Below are positions 51,261 through 62,267 of a stretch of 64,000 nucleotides of DNA, in pieces. The stretch is from Octopus sinensis (lineage: Eukaryota): assembly GCF_006345805.1 (NCBI RefSeq), contig NC_042997.1:172236001-172300000 (forward strand). Direction: 5' to 3'. Under the pieces are notes generated by a model. It had not been told where the DNA came from. It worked only from the letters and a program-made list of their open reading frames with translations, and ran no database searches. Within the stretch, counting starts at the first letter, position 1. Every line of letters begins with the position of its first letter. The position numbers and the translations under genes are program-made.

Positions 51261-51711
51261 CTGTATGAGTTAGAGGTTAAGCAACCATCTAAGGGATAGT
51301 AAATATCCAATATACTACTGGATGTATACCTACATATTTATGTCCAAGTGCTTACTATTGCAGGGCAATATCACAATTGAATACTAGGTATGGGTGGGGA
51401 TAAAACAGAAATTAAACCAGGATTTGTAAGGCAAAGAAGAAAATGGAGAAAAATTGGGCAACCACATGATAGAAACAGCTGTAAGAGTTTAGTATTTGTT
51501 CACTCATATATTCATATTCGTTTATTTTTATTTATTTATCTATTTATTTACTTATTTATTTGCTTATTTCATTTGTTTATTTGGATCACTTATACATATG
51601 ATTGTAGCCAATTAATAAATAGATATAATTGAATAGATATAATTGGTGTTTGTCGATTGTTTGTCCTCTCCATTTTCTTATTTGTCTTATGTGTGTGTGT
51701 GTGTGTGTATG

Positions 51712-51752
<41 letters not shown>

Positions 51753-52180
51753 TACATATATACATATATATAAACACATATATATACACATATATATATA
51801 TATACATAAAATGTAAGTAGATAAAAACATAAATAAAATAAAATAAACGTGAAGAAACAGGGGATACTGATAATGCAAGTACCACACACACTTACCAAAC
51901 ATAGACACACAGGGATATATGCATGTGCAAATAAAGATACATACAACAGGAACACAACATGGCAAATCATTAGGAAGGGGAGAGACAAAAAGAAAGAAGA
52001 AATCAAAGGACTACTGATGTGGTCACAGAAGTGTGATGAACGAACTCTGGCAGAAATATAATTAATGTGAAATAAAGCTGAAGCAAGCGAACACCAAATA
52101 AATAGTGCAGGTGTTTTCATTGGCTAAATTGGCAACATGACCATCCCCAAATACAACAATATATATACATGGATATATAC

Positions 52181-52239
<59 letters not shown>

Positions 52240-53048
52240 TGTATATACATATATATATATACGTGTATATATATATATAAATATACGTGTATATATATAC
52301 GTGTATATATATACATATATATATATGTGTAATATATATATATGTGTGTGTGTGTGTGTATATGTGTATGTATATATATATACATACTACATATATATAT
52401 ATATATACATACTACATATATATATATACACACACATACACATGCACATGTGCACACACACACACATGATAAGCTTCCACACAGTTTCCTTCTACCAAAT
52501 TTCTTCTACCTGCAATAGTGGAAGACACATGCCCAAAATGTCAAGCAGTGGGATTGAACCCAAAGCCACGTGGTCGGGTAGCAAACTTCTAAAATGTATA
52601 GCTAATAATTTTTGGCTTTTACATTAAAAATGTAAAGGATCAGCTTACCAAATATTTAACAAGCAATTATTTTCGTAAAAATTACAAAAATTAGATTTGA
52701 GAAAACAAAAATATTATTATTCAGTCGGATATTTCTAAACGCATGCAATTTTAATTGAATTCTTCTCATGTAATACTGTTTATTCCTGTGAATGAAAATT
52801 TCCTTAGAAATAATGCATAAATATTGAGCAAGGAGAAATAGCAGGGTCTCGAAGTAGGAAGCTTCAATTGTTGATTTGGCATCAGTAATACATGGCGGCT
52901 ACAGCAGCGTGATAATGTAGCAGGGCGTTAAGAATTGCATCAATCTGTAAAACAATAAAAACAAACGATTTAAATGTACAAAAGGCACAAAAATAAACAG
53001 TCTTTTGTCTCGTGTAAATCATGTCAAAATGTTATTTCTCAGCATGCT

Positions 53049-53072
53049 TAAATAAATAAATGAATAAATAAA

Positions 53073-53103
<31 letters not shown>

Positions 53104-53129
53104 TAATAATCCTTTCTACTATAGTTTAG

Positions 53130-53172
<43 letters not shown>

Positions 53173-53500
53173 TAACAACAACAATAACAAGAGGAAGAAG
53201 AAGAAGAAGACGACGACAACAACAAAGAAGAAGAAGAAGAAGAAGAAGTATAATGAGAATGATAATAATTATAACTATAACAATAATAACAATAATAGTT
53301 GTAACAGCATTGATAATGGTGGTGGTGGTGGTGGTGCTGACGATGATGATGATGATGACATCGATGACGATGACGATGGTGGTGGTGGCAGCGTTGGTAG
53401 TGGTGGTGGTGGTGGTGGAGGTGGTGGTGGTGGTGGTGGAGGTGGTGGTGGTGGTGGTGGAGGTGGTGGTGGAGGTGGTGGTGGTGGTGATGATGATGGA
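53049..53500. repeat. Compound microsatellite (AAAT, AAT, AAC, GAA, GAC, GGT, GAT)
   Basis: Consecutive short-unit tracts read directly from the sequence. Confidence 0.9.
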
Positions 53501-53954
53501 GAAAGCAAATATAGAAAAAGGAGCAATATATAAAAATGCAAAATGCCCATTTTTTTCCCCTCTTCTTCCCTGTCTTTACAATTTAGAAAATGGTCGCAAC
53601 ACTGAATGGAATCAAGCAAAAATATATACAGGATATGAGTTGTAAAAATGATATTTCTAGAATTTGTAATGATTGTGCAACAGATCAGAACAAAAAAGAA
53701 TGTCTTTGCAAGAAAATTACTTTATTCACTTCTTGTATTATTGAAACGTTTCTCTACATATATATGTGTGTGTGAGTGTATATATGTGTGTGTATAAATG
53801 AATAAATAAATAAATAAATGTATGTATGTATGTATGTATGTATGTATGCATGCATGCATGTCTGTGTGTATATATATATATATATATCTTTCACTTTATA
53901 TTTACATCCATATATATATATACACTTATGCATTTTGTAATTTGTATATGTGTA

Positions 53955-54003
<49 letters not shown>

Positions 54004-54528
54004 ATAAAAATAGTAAGACAACAAAAGAGACTTCGATATATATATGTATTTATTTATTTACATATATATATATATATATAGGTATTTGTATACTTCTTAT
54101 GTATGTATATGAATATGTATCAATGTATGTGTTTGTGTGTGTGTATTGACCACCCACCAAAAACTGAAACAATCGCATTGTAAAAGAGTCGTTTTATCTG
54201 TTTAGCAAAAGCACAAAATATCTGTTATATTCACTTTTCATGTATTTCCTAATAATACCGTCGATTATGAAGCATGTAAAATTTTGTTGCAGTTTTGTGG
54301 CCTGAAACTGCACGACAAAAATGCAATCAAAACATGTCAGAGACCATGTCACACACATGGTTGTATTGTTAAGTAGTCTACTTTGTAAGCGTGTCTACTT
54401 TACTAGCTCCAGCCTTAGCTGTGAATTTTGAGCCTAATGGATGACCAGTTATAGCACTTACACAGCATGCCTATTTGTTTAGGTCATCAGTGAACAAACC
54501 CCTCACATTCTATATATGTATGTGTGTG

Positions 54529-54566
<38 letters not shown>

Positions 54567-54591
54567 CATATACATATACATATATATATAT

Positions 54592-55175
54592 TTTTTTACA
54601 ACTATAAATAAGGGTATCTGAGAGACACCACCATGCCGAAATAGCAGTCAAAACCTTGACTCTAAAAACCACCTTAAATGTTCATATCGCACCACGAGAT
54701 AAGACAGAGAAACAAAATAAACTAGCGAAAAGATACTACTGGATAATTCAAGATCCTGGATTTCTAGCTTTGCTTCAAATAAGCTCTGCCTTCATCAGTT
54801 GAATATACCAGATGGGCACGTAAATACAAATACATATATACAGAACACACGTTATATTTACATATACGAACGTCCATACATACATATATATGCCCGTATG
54901 TACAAGGCCAGTTCAAAAATCCAGGACCTTGAATTATCCAGTAATATCTTTTTGCTAGTTTATTTTGTCTCTCTGTTTTATCTCATGGTGTGATATGAAC
55001 ATTTAAGGTGGTTTTTAGAGTCAGGGTTTTGACTGCTATTTTGGCATGGTGGTGTCTCTCAAATACCCTTATTTATAGCTGTAAAAAATTATTACCTTTG
55101 TATGGTATTTATTCCCATGCTGGCCACTTGGTAATATCGATATTTAAATATTGATATTATCCTTATTTATAAATT
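54592..55175 (-). mobile_element. Non-coding fold-back element with 172-bp inverted arms and an HHR, between (TA)n tracts
   Basis: Arms 54592-54763 and 54917-55088; about 85 bp of unpaired extension to the TA tract near 55176. Confidence 0.75.
54746..54804 (-). ncRNA. Type-I hammerhead ribozyme candidate
   Basis: AUUCAA-CUGAUGA-A-[GGC..GCU]-A-GAAAUCCAGGAUC-UUGAAU. Perfect 6-bp helix I, 4-bp helix III and an AUC site; extra A residues flank helix II. Confidence 0.65.
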
Positions 55176-55251
<76 letters not shown>

Positions 55252-55324
55252 TATTTATATATATATATATATATATATGTACATATATATATATATATAT
55301 ATGTACATATATATATACATATAT

Positions 55325-55550
55325 TCATCATCATCATCATCATCATCATCATATCATTTAACATCCGTTCTCCATGCTAGCATGGGTTGGACGGTTCGAC
55401 CGGGGATCTGGGAAGCCAGAAGGCTGCACCAGGCTCCAGTCTTATCTGGCAATGTTTCTACAGCTGGATGCCCTTCCTAACGCCAACCACTCCTTGAGTG
55501 TAGTGGGTGCTTTTTACGTGCCACCCACACAGGTGCCAGGCGAGGCTGGC
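55325..55550 (-). mobile_element. RTE-family 3' end fragment
   Basis: (CAT)n start; near identical to 35845-36036. Confidence 0.85.
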
Positions 55551-55561
55551 AATATATATAT

Positions 55562-56346
55562 ATACAAAATATAAAGTTATATCTTGAGTGACAACAACGC
55601 TCAAGATATACAACAGACTGGAAATAGAAGTGCTCCAATGAGCTGTATACACTTTTTTTATCCAAGGGGAGGCAATGCGAGCAACAACCACAGGAACATC
55701 ACAAAATTCAAAGATAGACCAAACACATACAAATCTTTATACTGATTTATATCTAAACAGTACGACATAAAAAAATTTTTTATTCAGTAATATATAAGTA
55801 TCATATACAAATAAAAATATAAATATAAATATAAATTTTGCATATAACATGCTTAAAACTGTTAGAATAAAAGAAATAAATATAATGATAATAAAATAAA
55901 AATATGGCATATCAAAAGACGAATAAAATTTCGGCGAATAGTACATAGAATATAATACATATACAAGCTTTCAAAAATATAAGATATACAGAAGTCCATC
56001 TACGGGTCGTTTCGGGGATGTGCCAATTAATATTAGACATATCAGTACTTAAAATAGTACTTAAAATTGGCACTCCCCTCATCAGGATGTCCTATACAAC
56101 ACATATAAAACATGAACAAATACACAAATACACAATCACATACCGGCCATTCTCAGAACACAGCATTTACATACTCCCAGAAATTTTTTCGGCGATCCTG
56201 AATGGAACTTTATACGCATACCGTAAATGTCGGACTGTTTAGATATAAATTGGTACATAAGATTTGTATGTGTTTGGTCTATCTTTGAATTTTGTGATGT
56301 TCCTGTGGTTGTTGCTCGCATTGCCTCCCCTTGGATAATAAAAAGT
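55562..56346 (-). mobile_element. Non-coding fold-back element with ~118-bp inverted arms and an HHR, between (TA)n tracts
   Basis: Arms 55651-55768 and 56227-56346; TA tracts at 55552-55563 and from 56347. Confidence 0.75.
55997..56089 (-). ncRNA. Type-I hammerhead ribozyme with a fully canonical core
   Basis: CAUC-CUGAUGA-[GGGGAGUGCCAAUU/AAUUGGCAC-A-UCCCC]-GAAACGACCCGUA-GAUG; 14-bp helix II and a GUA site. Confidence 0.8.
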
Positions 56347-56354
56347 ATATTTAT

Positions 56355-56412
<58 letters not shown>

Positions 56413-57589
56413 CATTACCTGAATAGCCCATTGTTGTTGGGCAGTTTTTACAATAGAATGTCTTATATAAATTTTTATTCCATGCCAGACCATGCCCTCC
56501 CCAACAGAAAGGCCTCTTGAACAGGACAGATTTATGCAATTTTTCAGGATAAACTTCGTTGATGGTCTTTTTCCTTTTTAAATCATTTACATGTTTGTTC
56601 GACTGTTTCACATGACTTTATTCATGAAAACTTATTAAAACTTCTGAAGTTCTTACAACTTTGGTCGTCGTAATGCTTTATTTTCGTTTGTTCCATAAAA
56701 ATTCTTTCTCATAATGATTTTGCTTTCATTTTGTGATAGACAGCTATCATGCAGAAAATGCCAGCTTCCAAATCCTGTTTTCTGATTAGATAAAATTGAT
56801 TAAACTTTAAACCCCAGTAACATTTTACAGCAATTTTTCTGGAACAAATAAATAACGAAATCGAATTTCATGTGAAAAATTATTTCAATATACCAAATTT
56901 GAAATTTTGACATAATTTTAAAATTTCAAAATGTGATAGCAACAGGGAAAATCCTACAAAAGTTGATAGACAGACAGTTACACACGTTGAAAATTGAAAG
57001 ATGGAATTGAATATTTTTCTGAATCACTAGCATCTTGAAATGATGTAAAATCCCATATAAGTAGTATTGAAGGAAACAACTCCTCTGGATATTTTTATAT
57101 TCTTACGTCTTCTAGTTTGAGTTGTTATTTTTCAATTTATGTTAAGAATGAAATAGTTTTAGCTATGGAACAAAATGAAAGACATTATTTATAGTTTTAT
57201 TGTTTCAATACCTTGGTAAAGTTTTAATAAATCTTAATACAGTGATTTGAAAACAAATGTAAAACACTTTAATTTTCACTTGTTAGTTTTACATCTTTTG
57301 TTGGAGATGTTGTAAAAGTTTTGACTGAGCATGCAATAGTTGATTCACTAAAACTCATGCATTAACTGACAGGTAAAAAAATTAAAGAAGGTATTAAAAT
57401 TCACTGTTCCCTTCAGTAAACACATTTTCTCTCTCTCTCTCCCTCACTCACTCACACACATTCCCTGTCTCTCTGTCTCTTCCTGTCTCCTCCCCTTCCC
57501 TGATATTATCCACCCTTATGCCATTACATTTCCATCAACCTAACACTCTTTGTACCCTCCTCATTTTATCATTCAAATAACCCAACCAC

Positions 57590-57748
57590 TGTAGGGGGCC
57601 CGATATCGATTTTTATTGAAATCCAATTAGTCCATAACTAAACTGGATGTTAGTTTAACATGTTTGCAAAGTTTCATGAAGATTGGTTCACTGGTATGGG
57701 CAGCAAGATGGTAACAGACAGAAAGACAGAAATTACCATTTATATATA

Positions 57749-57751
<3 letters not shown>
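57590..57751 (-). mobile_element. Helitron/Helentron-associated non-autonomous 5' fragment
   Basis: A|TCTTATATATAAATGG..CTGTCTTTCTGTCTGT start; no 3' CTAG found. Confidence 0.4.
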
Positions 57752-57795
<44 letters not shown>

Positions 57796-57801
<6 letters not shown>

Positions 57802-58547
57802 TAATAACAAAGGGTAAAATTAATTAATTAAGAAGTAATCAATAATTTCACCAAGTAGAGGTCGGCATGAAAAAAGGACCATTTTACGGTAAACTTAAGT
57901 AATACTAAATAATTAGGGTTCAGCAAAGATTTGCTTTGCCACAACTGAAGCTTAGAAATAGCAGCCAAAAACCGTTAGCTATTTCTTCTACTTAAAAAGG
58001 GACTGCCAGAAAAACCAGAATACTTGAAAACAATCCACACGGGCAGAGAGGAAGAAGTAACGAAAATCAATCAATATCTGGTTACCTATGGACGCGCATT
58101 TCGGAGTTAGGTTGGAAAGAAGAATATAAAATTATACTTTACCAGCCGTTTTCCTCTTCAGCATAGGACCCATCAATAATTAAATTTTGAAATATTAAAT
58201 TCGAAGGTACTGGAATAATTGAATATATCTCTCCACCTAACGGTATCGGACAGATAATATTCAGCGTCAGTACTGCCGAATTCAAAACATGAATGAGGTT
58301 CAATCACCCTCCCCTGTCCACCCTCATGTGTCTACTAGTAAACTACTACAGAAAAAATCTGTAGCTTGTTATCAGAGAGAAAATTCTATTATCAGTAATA
58401 ACAAAGGGTAAAATTAATTAATTAAGAAGTAATCAATAATTTCACCAAGTAGAGTTCGCCATGAAAAAAGGACCATTTTATGGTAAACTTAAGTAATACT
58501 AAATAATTAGGGTTCAGCAAAGATTTGCTGAACCCTAATTATTTAGT
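57796..58547 (-). mobile_element. Non-coding HHR element: 594-nt unit with a ~140-bp direct terminal repeat and a terminal snap-back hairpin
   Basis: TATCAGTAATAACAAAGGG..CAGCAAAGATTTGCT at 57796 and 58390; 24-bp hairpin at 58498-58547; (TA)n on both sides. Confidence 0.8.
58085..58167 (-). ncRNA. Type-I hammerhead ribozyme
   Basis: CCUAUG-CUGAAGA-[GGA..UCC plus an extended stem]-GAAAUGCGCGUC-CAUAGG. Perfect 6-bp helix I, palindromic GCGC helix III and a GUC site. Confidence 0.8.
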
Positions 58548-58790
58548 GTATATATATATATATATATAATATATATATAATCATCATCATCATCATCATC
58601 ATTTAACGTCCGCTTTCCATGCTAGCATGAGTTGGACTATATATACGAGTATATATATATATATATATATTAATCTCTGAGTGAAATATAAACAAGAGTA
58701 GCATGACATCGTGAAGTATATTTGCCACCTAAATGTGGTTAACTCTTAAGGGTTGATGCTACTGTATCTTGTAGTGGCAAATATACTTTA

Positions 58791-58833
<43 letters not shown>

Positions 58834-58834
58834 A

Positions 58835-59335
58835 TCTCTTATTATAAAAGGCAGATTTTATCTGCCTCCCTTTGGGAGTTATACAAATCTACAATATAGG
58901 ATTTCTTCAATTACAATTTACCTTGCATTTTTAGAGTACAATGCATCGCGTCATGCCAGGTCCAGTTTTTAAAATTTAAACTCCAATTAAGCAAAATTTA
59001 CAGAAAACTCACATTCTGGTGTGTGTGTCAAATGCTTTTCTTAGTCTGGTTTACAGCACACGCAAACGCACACACACAGTGGGCAACGAATAAAATGAAA
59101 GTAATTGACTTACTGTAGTGAGTGATTCTTTCACTCTGCCTCCCACTTCCTCTTTCAACACATAGACACGCAAATATATAAATAAAATTGTAAGCTAACG
59201 TGCGTGTGTGTGAGTGGGTGTGTGTGGGTGTGCGCGTGTGTGTGTGTGTGAGGGTGCGTGTGTGTGCGTGTGCGTGAGTGTGTGACAGGAAAGTTTTTTA
59301 CGACGAATATAACACCTATATCCAAGTAGCAGAAA
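58835..59335 (+). mobile_element. Helitron-like non-autonomous 5' portion
   Basis: A|TCTCTTATTATAAAAGGCAGATTTTATCTGCC start (TC plus a small hairpin); no 3' end found. Confidence 0.4.
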
Positions 59336-59809
59336 GATAAGACAGTAAGGTGTGATTTGAGGGAGATTTGGCTGCTATTTCTACCATGTCTAGCTGCCAT
59401 GTAGGGGTCTCCCTCATAGGCTCATACATACATATATACATAGATAAGACAGTAAGGTGTGATTTGGGGGAAATTTGGCTGCTATTTCTACCAGGTCTAG
59501 CTGCCATGTAGGGGTCTCCCTCATAGGCTCATACATACATATATACATAGATAAGACAGTAAGGTGTGATTTGGGGGAAATTTGGCTGCTATTTCTACCA
59601 GGTCTAGCTGCCATGTAGGGGTCTCCCTCATAGGCTCATACATACATATATACATAGATAAGACAGTAAGGTGTGATTTGGGGGAAATTTGGCTGCTATT
59701 TCTACCAGGTCTAGCTACCATGTAGAGGTCCCCCTCATTGGCTCATATATATATACATACATAAGACAGTAAGGTGTGATTTAGGGAGATTTGGCTGCTG
59801 TTTCTACCA
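59336..59809. repeat. 107-bp minisatellite (about 4.5 units) built from a SINE fragment plus (TACA)n
   Basis: ATAAGACAGTAAGG at 59337, 59444, 59551, 59658 and 59761; units 2 and 3 are identical. Confidence 0.9.
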
Positions 59810-60178
59810 ATCTGTTAGGCCTTCTCATGTAAACTCAAGCTTTCTCATGCCTTGAACATAAGACCAAAGCAGAGAATGTATTCTTTTATTCTTCTGCTTT
59901 TTCCAGCCATTGGTCTGTGGCCATGCTGGGGCAATGCCTTGAAGAATTGTAGTTTAATGAATCAACTCCAGTTTTATTTTTGTAAGCATTGTACTTATTC
60001 TATCTGTTTCCTTTGTCAAACCACTAGGTGACAGGGATGTAAACAAACCAACATTCGTTGTCAAGCAGTGGTGGAGGACAATCACAAGCACAGACACGCA
60101 CACACACACACATACATGCATACACATATACACACATACATACATACATACATATATATATATGTGTGTATATATATA

Positions 60179-60498
60179 TTGCAGCCTGGAAGGTGTTTGT
60201 AAGCCATTTAAGAAACACACAAAAACCGTTACATTCACTTCAACATTTAAATTTAATTTGCCAAAATATTTTCGTCGCTTTGAGACCGCGACCTGTTCAC
60301 TGACAAAAATATCGTGCTAACAGGTCGCGGTCTCAAAGCGACGAAAATATTTTGACAAATTAAATTTAAATGTTGAAGTGAATCTAACGGTTTTTGTGTG
60401 TTTCTTAAATGGCTTATAAACACCTTCAACGCTGCAACTGTTTTCGTTCCAGCACACGATCTCAGATCAAGTCACTTGCTATGCAAGTACATCTCTGT
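60179..60498. mobile_element. Non-coding fold-back element with 119-bp inverted arms and a 21-bp spacer, between (TA)n tracts
   Basis: Arms 60179-60297 and 60319-60437; about 60 bp of unpaired extension to the TA tract at 60499. Confidence 0.8.
60257..60307 (-). ncRNA. Hammerhead candidate with a swapped G3-C8 core pair
   Basis: UUUGUCA-GUGAACA-G-[GUCGC GGUCUCAAA GCGAC]-GAAAAUAUUU-UGGCAAA. Confidence 0.5.
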
Positions 60499-60595
60499 AC
60501 TATATATATATTATATATATTATATATGTATATTGGTAAAACAGTAAGATAACAAAAGAAAGAAAGAGACCTCAATATTATGTAAATAGAGGAAA

Positions 60596-60986
60596 TCTTT
60601 ATATATAAAAGTGAGGTTGTGTGTCTGTCTCCTACGATTTAGATTCCTAACTACTCCCACATTTTGCGGTGCAGTTTAACCAGAACCGGGTATCTTATAG
60701 TCGTGATTCATATCGAGACCGTCTGGGTATTACGCGCGTCTACGATGAGTCTACAATTTAAAGAAAATTTACCATCAATTTTTCCCATTTTTAATCCATT
60801 TTTGACATATATAAGGGAAGTAACTCTCTAATTTATTATTAAATCTCAGAACGTAAAAAGCTACAGTAACACACCCCTCCCCCTTTGTGGTTAGCCATAT
60901 TGAGATGGCTATTGTACTTTACATCTCTAAAAATGCTTATATAATTATTTCCCTTACAAACCGAGCAACGCCGGCGATACTGCTAG
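60596..60986 (+). mobile_element. Non-autonomous Helitron, 391 bp, intact ends
   Basis: A|TC start, subterminal hairpin CCG-AGCAACGC-CGG, CTAG|T end, no target duplication. Confidence 0.85.
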
Positions 60987-61069
60987 TATATATATATACA
61001 CACACACACATACAGGGTTTGACAAAATAATGGAAAATATATAAAAACCATCAAAAACATACATACATA

Positions 61070-61378
61070 TCATCATCATCATCATCATCGTTTAACGTCC
61101 GTTTTCTGCGCTAGCACGGGTGGACGGTTTCGACCGGGGTCTGGGGAGCCAGGGGCTGCCCCAGGCTCCATCTGGTCTGGCAGTGTTTCTACAGCTGGAT
61201 GCCCTTCCTAACGCCAACCACTCCGCGAGTGTAGTGGGTGCTTTTTACGTGCCACCTGCACAGGTGCCAGAGGGGTCTGGCATCGGCCACGGTCAGTTGG
61301 TGCTTTTTATGTGCCACCTGCACAGAAGCCAGTCGGGGCGGTGCTGGCATCGGCCACGTTCGGATGGTGCTTTTTATG
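61070..61378 (-). mobile_element. RTE-family 3' end fragment
   Basis: (CAT)n start and three subrepeats. Confidence 0.85.
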
Positions 61379-62267
61379 TGGGGGGAGGGTGCAGAAATAT
61401 AGGGGAGCACCAGTGGGGAGGGGTGTTCGGAGAAATGATGACAGGTTCTAGACAAGTAGAACGTAGGATATCACGAGAAGGGTAATGCATGGTGAAATAG
61501 CGTATTGAAGAGGGGGGTTCGAAGAGTAGACACCTATAATGGTGGTGGGAGAAGCGACATCCGGTATAGATGGAGCAAAAATATAGAGATATCCGGTATT
61601 GGTGGTGGGGGTGGGCAAGGGCGGGTGCACCGGGAATATGCGAAGGCTGAACTTGACAGGCTGGCTTAAAAATGCTCTTAGCAATGGAAGGGGGTAAAGG
61701 AAGAGGAGGGAGGGCAGACAACGTAAAAGAGGGAGAGAGAGAGAAGGGAATAGTGGAACCCCGCGAAAATCGGCCGCCATTGAAAAACCCCTGTATGGAG
61801 AAACTTAAATATCTATTCTGTATTTAGCGAGACACGAGGCCGGAAACCGATGGTCAACAATAAATAATAAATTATACAGAATATGCAATACGAGGCGAAA
61901 CTGAAAATAATAATAATAATAATAATAATACTAATGTATATATATATATATATATACATGCAATGATTTATTAAGTGGTGCCCAATTTTCCAACTCTGTG
62001 AATAATAATAATATCCTTTTTTATAAGCTTAAAGCTTACATGCAGTCACCATGACTTGACTAAAGAATATAGTCAAATATTGGGGCATATAAGCCTTCTA
62101 TGGGAAAAATGGATCCTCTGCACACATGGGACTTGAACCCACACTTCCATGTTTTCACAACAAGTGTGCCACCATTTACACTAACATTCTCACCTGTTCC
62201 TTCTCATCAGATTAAGAACAATAATCCCAATATAAAAAATATTATTATTATTTACAGATATATATAT

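Noticed and set aside
54260-54496. Two more hammerhead remnants (AAAACATGTCAGA near 54330; TCATCAG at 54484)
   Set aside because: Each has only half of the core recognisable.
59336-59809. CRISPR array
   Set aside because: The units are wholly repeated with no unique spacers, and the context is eukaryotic with no cas genes. The same applies to the 66-bp RTE subrepeats.
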